Below the pieces are notes generated by a model. The model ran no database searches, was not told the origin of the DNA, and worked only from the letters and a program-made list of their open reading frames with translations. A stretch of 64,000 nt of DNA, taken from assembly GCA_963792585.1 (NCBI GenBank), contig CAWBWI010000003.1, forward strand, positions 320,001 to 384,000, read 5' to 3'. The translations under genes were made by a program, and so were the position numbers. This DNA comes from Candidatus Eiseniibacteriota bacterium. GTDB lineage: Bacteria; Eisenbacteria; RBG-16-71-46; CAIMUX01; VGJL01. This document shows positions 39,270 through 49,908 of the stretch, one piece after another (position 1 is the stretch's first letter; every line of letters begins with the position of its first letter).

Positions 39270-40417
39270 GAATGCGCGACCGTTTCCATTGCCACACCGG
39301 TTCGCCCCAGCGTCACGGTGAAGGTGGTGCCGACATCCGCCTCGCTTTCGACGCCCACGTCGCCTCCGTACACCTGGGCGAGCCGCTTGACGATGGAGAG
39401 CCCGAGCCCGCTCCCGAGGATGTTGCGCGTCTTGTCATTCTTGATCCGCACGAACTCGCCGAAGAGCTTCGCCGATTCCTCATTCGTCATGCCGATGCCG
39501 GTGTCCGCGACCCGGATCGTGACCCGATCTGCGTCCGCGGCGATCGTCACGTCGACGTGGCCCGCTTCGCGGTTGTACTTCACCGCGTTGGTGACCAGGT
39601 TGTTCAGGACGATCTCGATCTCTCCCGGGTCGGCGTTCATCGTGACGGGGCCTTCCGCGTGCATCTCGATTCCGATCCTCCGGGCGGTCGCGTCCGGCGT
39701 GACGGTTTCGATCGCCTTGCGGGCGATCTCGCAGACATCCAAGGCGACGAGATCCCGTTGCTTCTGGCCGGACTCGAGGCGGGTGAGATCGAGCAGATCG
39801 AGGATGAGCTTGCGCATGCCCTCGAGGCGGATGAGGGAGCGGTCGATCGCGCTGTCGTACGCGGCGATGTCATTCCCGATCGCGCGGTTCTGCATGATGT
39901 TCAGATAGCCCTGGATGGCCGCGAGGGGCGCCTTCAGTTCGTGGACGAGGATGGAAATGAACTGAAAGCGGATCTGGCGCTTCTCGAGGGCGAGGCGGCG
40001 GGCCTGGCGTTGGAGGAGCAGATGTTTTGCCGTCTTGCGCACCGTCGTCCTGAGTTCCTCGGGCGTGAAGGGTTTTGCGAGGAAGTCGTAGGCACCCCGC
40101 TTCGTCGCGATGACCGCGGTCTCGAGGGACGCATAGGCCGTGATCATCACGGTCAGCAGGTCGAGGGGGCGATCCGCCAGAGCCGCGAGGACGTCGAGCC
40201 CCGAGATTCCCGGGAGTTTGTGGTCGAGGAGGAGCAGGTCCGGGGCGGCCGCGGCGATCTTCTCCAGGGCTTCCTCACCGGTCCCCGCTTGTTCGACCTG
40301 GAAGCGGACGTCGCTGTCGATCTCGGGAATCGAGACGGTGAATCCGTCGAGGGCCCGGGCGACGGCGGCCCGCATCCCCGTCTCGTCATCGACGATCAGC
40401 ACGCGCAGTTGTTCCAT
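39266..40417 (-). CDS. Hybrid response regulator / histidine kinase
   Basis: REC domain (LIVDDE, LLLDHKLP, KPF) followed by HELKAPL, NLVTNAVKY, DTGIG and GSGLGL. Confidence 0.92.
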   Translation of the reverse strand: MEQLRVLIVDDETGMRAAVARALDGFTVSIPEIDSDVRFQVEQAGTGEEALEKIAAAAPDLLLLDHKLPGISGLDVLAALADRPLDLLTVMITAYASLETAVIATKRGAYDFLAKPFTPEELRTTVRKTAKHLLLQRQARRLALEKRQIRFQFISILVHELKAPLAAIQGYLNIMQNRAIGNDIAAYDSAIDRSLIRLEGMRKLILDLLDLTRLESGQKQRDLVALDVCEIARKAIETVTPDATARRIGIEMHAEGPVTMNADPGEIEIVLNNLVTNAVKYNREAGHVDVTIAADADRVTIRVADTGIGMTNEESAKLFGEFVRIKNDKTRNILGSGLGLSIVKRLAQVYGGDVGVESEADVGTTFTVTLGRTGVAMETVAHS

Positions 40418-40430
40418 CGTCAGCTTCCTT

Positions 40431-40821
40431 TCAGCCGATGAGTCGGTCGATCTCGCGGCGCAGTTCCTCGAAGCGAATCGGCTTCGCCAGGAGCGCGTCG
40501 GCCTTGATCCAGGAACGCTCTTCCTGAGTGGCCGCGTCGAAGGCGATTCCGGTCTCGACTGGTCACGGCGGTCACGAGAATCACCGGCGTGCCCGGGTGG
40601 AGTTTCTTGATCCGGTGGCACAGGACGAAGCCCGCGTCGAAGTTCTCCATCATGAGGTCGAGGATCGCGAGATCGGGGGCGTTGCCCGCGATCAACTCCT
40701 CGGCCTTGGCCTGGCCGTCGGCTACAAGGACGCGAAAGCCCGCGGCTTCGAGTTGCAGCTGTTGCTGGAGGAGGAAGTCCGGGTCGTCGTCGACAACGAG
40801 GATGGTTTTGGGTTCGGTCAT
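40431..40821 (-). CDS. Single-domain response regulator, with a frameshift near 40560
   Basis: ILVVDDD, ILDLMME, ILVTAVTS, then ETGIAF...WIKADALLAKPIRFEEL in another frame. Confidence 0.85.
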
Positions 40822-42821
40822 TCCTGCTGCCCTCTCCTGGGAAGGGTGATGGTGAACGTGGTCCCCGTCGGACCGTTCGCCGGATCGGCGTTCGAATCGA
40901 CATGAATGTCGCCACGGTGCATCTTGATGATCCCGTAGCTGACCGCAAGTCCGAGTCCCGTGCCCTTACCGATCTGCTTGGTCGTGAAGAACGGCTCGAA
41001 GATCTTGCCGAGGTTCTCCTTCGGGATGCCGACTCCGGTGTCGGTCACCGAGATGCGCACCCGACCCTCGTCTCCGCTGGTGCCGACGATCAACGTGCCG
41101 CCCTCCGGCATCGCCGCATAGGCGTTCTCGACGAGGTTGGTGAGCACCTGCGTGATCTGATCGCCATCGAGTTCGGCGACAGGATCGGTACCGTCGTGCA
41201 CACAACGGACCGCGACGTTCGCGGGCGGTACCAGAATTCGCAGACTCGAGTCGATGAGATTGCGCAGGTCGATCGCCTCGAGCGCGACCTTGTTCTGTCG
41301 CGCGAAGTTCAGCAGGCCGGCAACGATCTTCTTGCAGCGATCGGTCTGCTCGACGATGATCGCGAGATCTTCCTCGAGTTTCTCGTCTTTCCCGTGCTCA
41401 TCGAGGAGGAGATGAGCATACATGAGCACCACGCCCAGCGGATTGTTGACTTCGTGGGCGATGCCCGCAGCGAGCTGCCCCATACTGGCGAGGTTCTCGG
41501 AGTGCATCAGCGCCTCCTGCGCGCTGGCGAGCTGCGTGTTGGAGACCGCGAGTTCGCGGACGGTTCGCTGCAGCTGATCGATGGTGTAGGGCAGGCACAT
41601 CTCGCTCTCGGCCAGTCCCTTATGGATGGCGATGGCGTGGGCCACGCAGGTGTCGTAGCCGCAGGCGCCGCAGTTGAGCTCGTCCTTTGGGCGACTCCTT
41701 GCCGATCCGCTGCAGGATCTCCGCGATCTCATCGCGGGAGGGAGGATCGAACCGCTGATCGTCGGCCGTATAGGTCCGCGTCAACCCGAGGTTGTCGAAT
41801 TTCGCCATCTCCCCGCGGATTGTCTTCTCGCTGGGGCCGATCCAGCGCTTGCGGACGAACTGGCTCACGCGCGAACGACGGCTGAAGAGGGGAGTGCCGA
41901 CGGTCATGCCCGGGCCCATGATGCAGCCGTTGCAGCAGAGGACCTCGAGCAGTCGGGCACGAAGATCGCCGGCTTCGAACTCCTTGATGGCCTCGACGAA
42001 GTTGCTGCGTCCCTCGGCGACCATCACGTCGCCGTCGACCAGGTCCTCCTGGATGTCGGCGGCCTGCAGAAGCCCGCGGCTGATGGGGAACAGGGCGCCG
42101 CCCGCCGTGCGGCGGGTCGAAGTCCGACGGTGGAACAGCGGCGGGGATCAGGTCGCGGGAGGCGAACAGTTGGCGCAGCTCGGAGAAGGTCAGCGCGCGT
42201 CGATCTCGCCGGCCATTGCCTTCGCGTCCGCCTCGCCCTTCTTGGCGATGCACGGACCGATGAAGACGATCTTCAGGTCCTCTCCGTGGAGTGCCTTGAG
42301 CGCACGGGCCATCGCGACCATCGGCGAGACGATGGGAGCGAGCGAAGGGACCGAGTCCGGGTGGTAACGCTCGACGTAGCCGACGACGGCCGGGCAGGTC
42401 GTGGCGATGAATCGTCGCTGGGGATTCTCCTCGACCAGCGTGCGGTAGCGATCGGCGACGAGATCGGCTCCGAAGCGACCTCGTGCACCATCGCGAATCC
42501 CATCGCCCGCAGCATCCCGACGAGCGTGGTGTATCCCATGTCGAGGAACTCGGCGGGGAAGCTCGGCGCCAGGCAGGCGCCGACTCGCGCGCCGGAGGCG
42601 AGCAGCGCCTCCACGTCCTCGATCGAACTGCGGACGTGCTTCGCCTTCTGCCTGCAGACGACGACGCAGTTGCCGCAGCCGATGCAGCGCTCGGCGATCA
42701 CGGCCGCCTGGCCGTCGGCGATGCGGATCGCCTTGGCCGGGCACTCGCGCACGCACGTGTAGCAGACGCGGCAGCGCTCGTTGATCGTGGAGACAAGAGG
42801 TTCGGCCGTAGCTTGCTTCAC
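40818..42821 (-). CDS. Putative sensory [FeFe]-hydrogenase (group C type) fused to a histidine kinase; several frameshifts
   Basis: N-terminal 2x[4Fe-4S] ([19 protein letters not shown]); divergent H-cluster motifs [26 protein letters not shown]; FeS domain [17 protein letters not shown]; kinase [22 protein letters not shown]. Reconstructed across several ORF fragments. Confidence 0.85.
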
Positions 42822-42837
42822 ATTCCTCTCCGTGGAT

Positions 42838-44577
42838 CTATCGAATCACTTCGCGCTCCGCGTAGCGCGTGTGCAGCAGGTGGTGGCTCTTCTCCCCCAG
42901 CGGTTCGCCAGGAACTCCTCGTACAGCCGCTGGATCGCCGGGTTCGCGTGCGACGCTCGGATCTGGCCGTCCCGGTCGATCACGTAGAGCGCCTGCATGC
43001 GCTGCGCGGACCGCGTCGGCATTGATGCGCCGCGGCTGGCCGCCGCCGCCGATGCAGCCGCCCGGGCAGGTCATGACCTCGATGAAGTGCAGGTCGCTTC
43101 GGCCGGCCCGGATCTGTTCGAGCAGCCGGCGGGCGTTCGCCAGCCCGCTGACCACGGCGACGCCCAACTCGAGTCCGCCGATGCGGACACGGATCTCCTT
43201 GACGCCGTCGAGGCCGCGGAGCGGCCTGCACGCTTGAGGTTCGTCCAGTTCCGGCCGGTCAAGCAGGAAGTGCGCCGTGCGCATCGCGGCCTCCATCACG
43301 CCGCCGGTCGCGCCGAAGAGCTTGCCGGCCGTGCGTGCGCTCGCCGAAGGGCGTGTCGGCGGCCTCCGGCTCGAGCCGTGGAGGATCGAGGCCGCGCATG
43401 CGGATGAGCTGGGCCAGCTCGCGCGTGGTCAGCACGGCGTCGATGTCGGGCCACGCCGTCGCGGCCCATCTCGGGCCGGCCGGCCTCGAACTTCTTCGCC
43501 GTGCACGGCATGATCGCCACGCTGAAGATCCGCTCGGGGTCGATGCCTTCGCGTTCGCGGCGAAGAAGCTCTTGATCACGGCGCCCAGCATCTGCTGCGG
43601 GCTCTTGCAGGTGGAGAGGTTGCGGGATGAGGTCGGGGTAGAACTGCTCGACGAACTTGATCCAGCCCGGCGAGCAGCTGGTCATCATCGGCAGCGTGCC
43701 GCCGTCGGCGATGCGATGGACCAGCTCCGAGGCCTCCTCCATGATCGTCAGGTCGGCGGAGAAGGCCGTGTCGAAGACGCGGTCGAAGCCGAGCCGCCGC
43801 AGGGCCGCGGTCATCGCGCCCGTCGACGTCGGCGCCGGGCTTGAGGCCGAACTCCTCGCCCAGGGTGACCGAGACCGCCGGCGCGTGCTGCACGACGACG
43901 ACCTTGCTCGGGGTCGGCGAGGGCCGCCAGCACTTCGCGGGAGCTGGCTGCTGCTCGGCCAGCGCGCCGGTCGGGCAGACCACGACGCACTGGCCGCAGT
44001 TGATGCAGCTCGAGACGTTGAGGCCCTCGTCGAACGCCGTGCCGACGCGCGGTCGCGATGCCGCGGCCGATGAAGTCGATCGCCGCCGACGCCTGCATCT
44101 CCTCGCACACCCGCACGCACTTGCCGCAGAGGATGCACTTCGCCGGGTCGCGGACGATCGACGGGCTCGAGACGTCCAGCGTCGCCGGCATTCTTCCGGC
44201 CGACGAAGCGCCGCTGCCGGACGCCGAGCTCCGCCGCCAGGTCCTGCAGCTCGCAGTCGCCGTTGCGCGCGCAGTAGAGGCAGTCGTCGGGGTGGTTGGC
44301 GAGCAGCAGCTCGACGATCGTGCGCGCGGGCGTTCGACGGCCCGCGGCGAGTGCGTCCGGACCTTCATGCCCGTCGGCGACCGGGAAGGCGCAGCTCGGC
44401 ACGAGGCCGCGCTGGCCTTCGACCTCGACGACGCACATCCGGCAGGCGCCGCTCGGCGGGAGGCCGTCCATGGTGGCACAGCGTGGGCACGCGTGATGCC
44501 GGCGCGCCGGAGCGCCGCGAGCAGCATCTCGCCCGGCTTGGCCTCGATCGTGCGGCCGTTGACTTCAGATCATGCAT
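42838..44577 (-). CDS. hydA: [FeFe]-hydrogenase catalytic subunit (group A3), many frameshifts
   Basis: GACRMCVVE, HPDDCLYC.RNGDCELQ, CILCGKCVRVC, ADLTIMEE, TSCSPGW, MPCTAKKFE, EVMTCPGGCIGGGGQP, SHHLLHT. Confidence 0.92.
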
Positions 44578-44595
44578 CGGCTCAGTACTCCGTTC

Positions 44596-46596
44596 TCAGT
44601 TGCGCCGAGGACTGCCATGCGAGACCGACAGGCGTCCACGCAGCTGCCGCAGCCGATGCACTTGTCCGGGACGATGTAGTGCGGGCTCTTCGGCGCGCCG
44701 ACGATCGCCTCCGCCGGGCACTTCTTCACGCAGACGCCGCAGCCCTTGCACAGCTCGGCGTCGATGGCGTAGACGAGCAGCTCCGTGCAGACGCTGCGCG
44801 GGGCAGTGGCGGTCGTAGATGTGCGCCTCGTACTCGTCGCGGAACCAGCGCAGCGTGCTCGAGCACCGGGTTCGGCGCCGTCTGGCCCAGGCCGCAGAGG
44901 CTCGTGTCCTGGATCACCCTTGGCCAGACTCCGCAGGTGCATGACGCCCTGGAAGCGCTCGAGCGCGCTCGAGTGCCCGTCTCGCTGCGCCGGCCGCGGG
45001 TGATCGCTTCGAGGATCTCCAGCATGCGCCGCGTGCCCTCGCGGCACGGGATGCACTTGCCGCAGCTCTCGCGCTGGATGAAGTCCATGAAGAACTTCGC
45101 CACGTCGACCATGCAGGTGTCTTCGTCCATGACGACCAGGCCGCCGGAGCCCATCATCGCGCCGACGGTCTTCAGCGACTCGTAGTCGATCTCGATGTCG
45201 AGGTGCTGCTCGGGGATGCAGCCGCCCGACGGGCCGCCGATCTGCACGGCCTTGTAGGCCTGGCCGCCGGGGATGCCGCCGCCGATGTCGAAGACGATCT
45301 GGCGCAGCGTCGTGCCCATGGCGACTTCGACCAGGCCGGTGCGCGCCACCTTGCCCGACAGGGCGAAGACCTTCGTGCCCTTGCTCGTTGCGGTGCCGAC
45401 CGCGGCGAACCACTCCGGCGCCGTTGGCGACGATGCCCGGGACGTTGGCCAGGGTCTCGACGTTGTTGATGACCGTCGGCTTGCCGAACAAGCCCCTGGA
45501 CGGCCGGGAACGGCGGCCGCGGGCGCGGCATGCCGCGTCTGGCCTTCGATGCTGTGGATCAGCGCCGTCTCCTCGCCGCACACGAACGCGCCCGCGCCCA
45601 TCTTGATGACGATGTCGAGGCTGAAGCCGCTGTCGAGGATGTTCTCGCCGAGCAGGCCGACTGCCTTCGCCTGGGCGATGGCGCGGCGCAGCCGCGCGAT
45701 CGCCAGCGGATACTCGGCGCGGATGTAGACGTAGGCCTTGGTCGCGCCGATGGCGTAGGCCGCGATGGCCATGCCTTCGAGCAGGCGGTGCGGATCGCCC
45801 TCGATGACCGCGCGGTCCATGAACGCGCCGGGGTCGCCCTCGTCCGCGTTGCAGATCAGGTACTTCTGGTCGCTCGGCGGTCTTGCGGGCGAACTTCCAC
45901 TTCTTGCCGGTGGGGAAGCCGCCGCCGCCGCGGCCGCGCAGCCCGCTCCTCTCGACGAGGTCGGCAGACTTCCCCCGGCGTCATCGTGACGGAGCGTCTT
46001 CGCCAGCGCACGGTAGCCGCCGCGGGCGATCGCGCATCGATCGAGGCTGGATCGATGACGCCGCAGTTGGCCAGCACCCAGCGCGTCTGCGGCGCGAAGA
46101 AGGGGTGCTCGTCGAGGAACGGGACGCCGGGCCAGGGCTCGAGCGTCGCTCCTGTGCTGGCCAGCGGATCTCCGTGGGCGCCATGCCCGAGAAGACGACG
46201 TCCAGGAGCGGCGCCACCTTCTCCTCGGTGACGCGCTCGAAGCAGAGCCGGGCCCGCCCGGGCAGCTGGATGTCGACGAGCGGTTCTTCGAGGCACAGAG
46301 GCCGATGCAGCCGACTTCGACGATCTCCGCCGTGATTCCGTGCTCCTCGAGGTACGTGCGTGCGGCCGCGATCATCCGCGCCGCGCCCGCGCCGAGCCCG
46401 CACGTGCCGGTGCCCACGAAGATGACCGGGCGGACCTGCGCCTCGCACCGGGCCGACCCGACTCGCTCGTGATCGCGATGCGGCAGGCCTCGCCCTCGTG
46501 ACACAAGGGGCCTTCGGTCAGGCAACGAACCAGGTCGGCGCACGGGCGCTCGGCGCATGCCAGCACTCGGCGCAGCAGCGGCGCAGTTGTCGTCAT
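44596..46596 (-). CDS. hydB: NuoF-like NAD(H)/FMN-binding hydrogenase subunit, many frameshifts
   Basis: GTGTCG, CNADEGDPGAFMDR, GAFVCGEETAL, PTVINNVET, GGPSGG, ESCGKCIPCREG, SLCGLGQTAP and C-terminal 2x[4Fe-4S]. Confidence 0.92.
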
Positions 46597-46597
46597 C

Positions 46598-47072
46598 TCA
46601 GGCGACCTTCCTTCCGATAGTCCGCAATGATCCGGCCGATGCTGTCGGCCGTCACGCCCCGCGTGGAACTCGCCGTTGACCGCGATCACCGGCGCCAGAC
46701 CGCACGCGCCGAGGCAGGCCACGACCTCGAGGCTGAACAGTCCGTCGCGCGTCGTCTGGCCGGGCTTGATCTTCAGCGTCCGCTTGAGGCCTTCGAGGCG
46801 TCTGCGCGACCCTTCACGTGGCACGCCGTGCCGCGGCAGACCTGGATGTGGTAGCGGCCCAGCGGCTGGAAACGGAACTGGTTGTAGAACGTCGCCACGC
46901 CGTAGATCTTGCTGGCGGGGAGTCCGAGGTGCCGGCCGATCTGAAGGATCGACTCTCGCGAGAGGAAACCATCGACCCCTTGGACCTCCTGGAGTAGGGG
47001 AATCAACGAATCCCTGCGGGCATCGGGGAATCTGGCCAGGATCGAATCGAGGTCCTTCGTTTCGGTTCTCAT
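46598..47072 (-). CDS. hydC: NuoE-like [2Fe-2S] hydrogenase subunit, frameshifted
   Basis: LIPLLQEVQ, GVATFYNQF, VCRGTACHVKG and VACLGACGLAP; ATG overlaps the rex stop (ATGA). Confidence 0.92.
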
Positions 47073-47701
47073 GAGGCCCTCTGGATGACGCCCTTCCGGG
47101 CGAAGTAGGCGGCCTTCTCCAGCGCATAGGTGATGTCCCGCTGCTCGACGTGAACATCCGGCGGCAAGGAGAGATGCGTGGGAGCGTAGTTGACGATCGC
47201 GCGAACACCGGCGGCTACGAGTTGATCGGCGATCGTGTGGGCATCGATGGCCGGAACGGCGATGATCGCTGCGCGGATGTCCATCTCTCGAATGCGATCG
47301 ACCATCTCGACCAAGGGGTAGCAGCGGCATCCGTGGACGACCCGATGGACCTTCTGCTCGTCCTTGTCGAATGCGGCCGCAATCCAAAGCTTCGGCCTGC
47401 GTCCCGAGAAGTAGGCGATGATCGCACGACCGAGGTTTCCGAGACCGACAAGAGCCATTCCCTGCCCCTCCGGTTCGTCGAGACACTCGCCGATCTTGGA
47501 ATGGAGCATGGCAACGTCGTAGCCGCGCGCGGGGCTGCCGGAGACGCCGATGTTCATCAAGTCGCGTCGGACCTGCGCGGGTGTGCTTCCCGCCATGGCG
47601 GCAAGCTCATGGGAATAGAGCCTGCCCCCCCGCGACGGGGGAAACTTGTCCAATAGGTGCCGGTAGAGACTCAGCCTCTCGACCATGCGTTCGGAGATCA
47701 C
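47069..47701 (-). CDS. rex: Redox-sensing transcriptional repressor Rex
   Basis: RLSLY, S.ELA, QVRRDL, G....GYDV, VGLGNLGRA, IVNYAP; GTG 47701 behind GGGAGG (the longer ORF start falls inside the operators). Confidence 0.93.
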   Translation of the reverse strand: MISERMVERLSLYRHLLDKFPPSRGGRLYSHELAAMAGSTPAQVRRDLMNIGVSGSPARGYDVAMLHSKIGECLDEPEGQGMALVGLGNLGRAIIAYFSGRRPKLWIAAAFDKDEQKVHRVVHGCRCYPLVEMVDRIREMDIRAAIIAVPAIDAHTIADQLVAAGVRAIVNYAPTHLSLPPDVHVEQRDITYALEKAAYFARKGVIQRAS

Positions 47702-47733
47702 GCAGCCTCCCGAGTTCATCGCGATTTCCATTG

Positions 47734-47768
47734 CTGTGATCGTCATCACATTGTGAATCGGATCACAG
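47734..47768. promoter_or_regulatory. Two tandem Rex operator-like palindromes
   Basis: CTGTGATCGTCATCACAT (47734-47751) and TTGTGAATCGGATCACAG (47751-47768) versus consensus TTGTGAAnnnnTTCACAA. Confidence 0.8.
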
Positions 47769-47772
47769 TTCT

Positions 47773-47801
47773 ATTATCTTCACTACAATCACGATTGTCA
47801 A
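47773..47801 (-). promoter_or_regulatory. Sigma-70 promoter for the rex-hyd operon
   Basis: TTGACA (47801-47796), 17-nt spacer, GATAAT (47778-47773) on the - strand in an AT-rich patch. Confidence 0.8.
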
Positions 47802-47899
47802 TCCGGCTATTCCCTAATACTTTGGATTTGTTGGGAGCTCGTCGAACTTGAGTAACATATTGGCTACAAATAGATTGGGCCTCAAGAATTGCGGAGTGC

Positions 47900-48916
47900 C
47901 TAGGCGAGGGGCCCGCCGCTCCGAGCGGCTGGGTCGGGTCGATCGACCTGGGAGTGACCGAGGCGCCGGCCCCCAAATCGGAGGGCTGAGAGCCGTCCAG
48001 GTGGAATTCGCGTCCACCTCAGGAGGGTGCGATGTAGCTTGGGGCCGAGCAACGAGCCGAGGGTTCCAATCCCGAGGCCGGCGATCACGTCGATGCCGTA
48101 GTGGAATCCGCAGTAGACGACACCGAAGAAGATCCCGGCGCTCAGGATTCCGATCAACGGAATCAAGGGTCGCTCGAAGCGACAAGTCATCCAGAGGACG
48201 GTGAGCGCGCCAGCGACATGGGAGCTGGGGAAAGCAGTTCCCCGACTCGCGCCCCCGGCCAGGATTCCGTGGACGATTCGGGGGAAGAGGCCCGTTCCAG
48301 CGTCGTTCTGGATGAAGACGTAGTAGGGCCCGGCGACCGGGAAGAGAATGAAGATCAGGTAGCACGTGAAGAAGGTGAGCATCACCGTCGTGGCAAAGAC
48401 TCGGCAGAGCTCTTCGCGGCCGCGTAGATAGAGTCGAAAACCCAAGATCGGAATGAGCGCGTAATAAGCGACGTACGAAAGATGCAGCAATTCGACGAGC
48501 AGGGTGCTGGGAAACCAGATGCGCAGCCAAACGCTCGGGAAAAGGCCGAAGAGGGCTTGCTCCCACTTCAGAACGACCGCGTCGCGGAATCCCGAATGGA
48601 AGATGTGGTTGAGCATCCCGACATCTCTGTAGAAGAAGGGGAGACCCCAGAGCGGATACGTATCGCGGAAGAACATGAAGAAGGCGTTGCCCCGCAGGGG
48701 CAGGGCCCCCAACAGAATAATCGAGAGAAAGATCCCGAAGTGGAGCAGGAGAAGCCCCCCGCCGCTTGGGATTCGTCGCCAACCGAAGAGAAGGAGGAGG
48801 ACCGTAAGCCCGAAGTACGCTCCCGTCATCAGATCCAGGGGGGTGTACCCGCGTCGAGGCGGAGCTTTGACGGGAATCAGCTCTTGGTGCGGAGCCAACC
48901 CTGGGTCTGATACCAA
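47900..48916 (-). CDS. PAP2-superfamily membrane enzyme, AUR1/inositol-phosphorylceramide-synthase-like
   Basis: FPVAGPYY, AFPSSHV and FHYGIDV motifs; multiple TM helices; start approximate. Confidence 0.75.
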   Translation of the reverse strand: MVSDPGLAPHQELIPVKAPPRRGYTPLDLMTGAYFGLTVLLLLFGWRRIPSGGGLLLLHFGIFLSIILLGALPLRGNAFFMFFRDTYPLWGLPFFYRDVGMLNHIFHSGFRDAVVLKWEQALFGLFPSVWLRIWFPSTLLVELLHLSYVAYYALIPILGFRLYLRGREELCRVFATTVMLTFFTCYLIFILFPVAGPYYVFIQNDAGTGLFPRIVHGILAGGASRGTAFPSSHVAGALTVLWMTCRFERPLIPLIGILSAGIFFGVVYCGFHYGIDVIAGLGIGTLGSLLGPKLHRTLLRWTRIPPGRLSALRFGGRRLGHSQVDRPDPAARSGGPLA

Positions 48917-49904
48917 CGAATCGTCTCCTTCATGCCGTCGACGGTACGAACCGTGGGTCGAAAGCCAAAGTCATGGGCGGCCCGGTCCGACAGGCAGACC
49001 CAACAACTCTCCCGCATCTCACGAACCTTGCCGAAACTGACGAGAGGCGCGGCCCCCCCAAGGGCGGCGATGCACTCGCCGCAGGCGGCGGCGAGCCAAG
49101 CTGCGGCGATCGGGATGCGGACCTTGCGCAGGCGCTTTCCGAGTGTCCGGCCGACCAACTCCCCGATATCTTCCCACCGATGGGCCTCACCGTCACCCAC
49201 GACATACACGCCGCGCGCTTGGGGGCTCTCGAGCGCCTCCACGGTGGCGTCGACGAGGTCGGAGACGTGGATCATGCTGAACGTCGCGCCTTTCCGGGCG
49301 GGGATCGGGAACCAACCCCTCTGTGCCCAGCGCATGAGGACGAGGATCGCCTCGTCGCGAGGGCCATACACCGCGGGGGGACGGATGATCACCGTTCGCA
49401 CGCGATCGCGGAGGATGTCGAGACTGCGCTCCCCTGCGAGCTTGCTCTCTCCGTACGCGCTGACCGGCCGGGGCGGGTCGCTATCGCAGCACGTGAGGAA
49501 ACGGCGCGCGCATCTCTGCTGGCGCCGGGCCTGACGCCGCGAGGCTGCTGCAGTAGAGAAAGACTCCGGATGCCGTCGATGGGCGCTCTTTCGAGGAACG
49601 CCGACGCCAGTGATGCGGTCCCCTCCGCGTTCGCGTCGAGGAATTCCGCGTTCGAGCGCGCGCGCTGATCCGGCCGCCGAAGTGCAGGACGGCGCCCACG
49701 CCGTTGAGCGCGGCGCGCAGATCCGGCGGGGTCGCGCAGATCCGCAACGGCGAGCTCGACCGGCTTGCCCTCCGAGCCACCGAAGATTGCTCGTCCGCCG
49801 CACGAGAACGCGGACACGATATCCCCGCTCGAGGAGCCGGTCGACGACGTGGCTGCCGACGAAGCCGGTGGCTCCGGTGACGAGGATCGAGCGGCGCCGG
49901 ACAC
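48877..49904 (-). CDS. NAD-dependent epimerase/dehydratase (extended SDR; ceramide-reductase-like), frameshifted
   Basis: ILVTGATGFVGSH, YCSSLAA, PVSAYGESK, RPPAVYGPRD and IHVSDL spread over different frames. Confidence 0.85.
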
Positions 49905-49908
49905 GGAT

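Noticed and set aside
44500..47100. Complex I nuoE/nuoF genes
   Set aside because: They adjoin an H-cluster subunit and maturases with no other nuo genes, so they are hydC and hydB.
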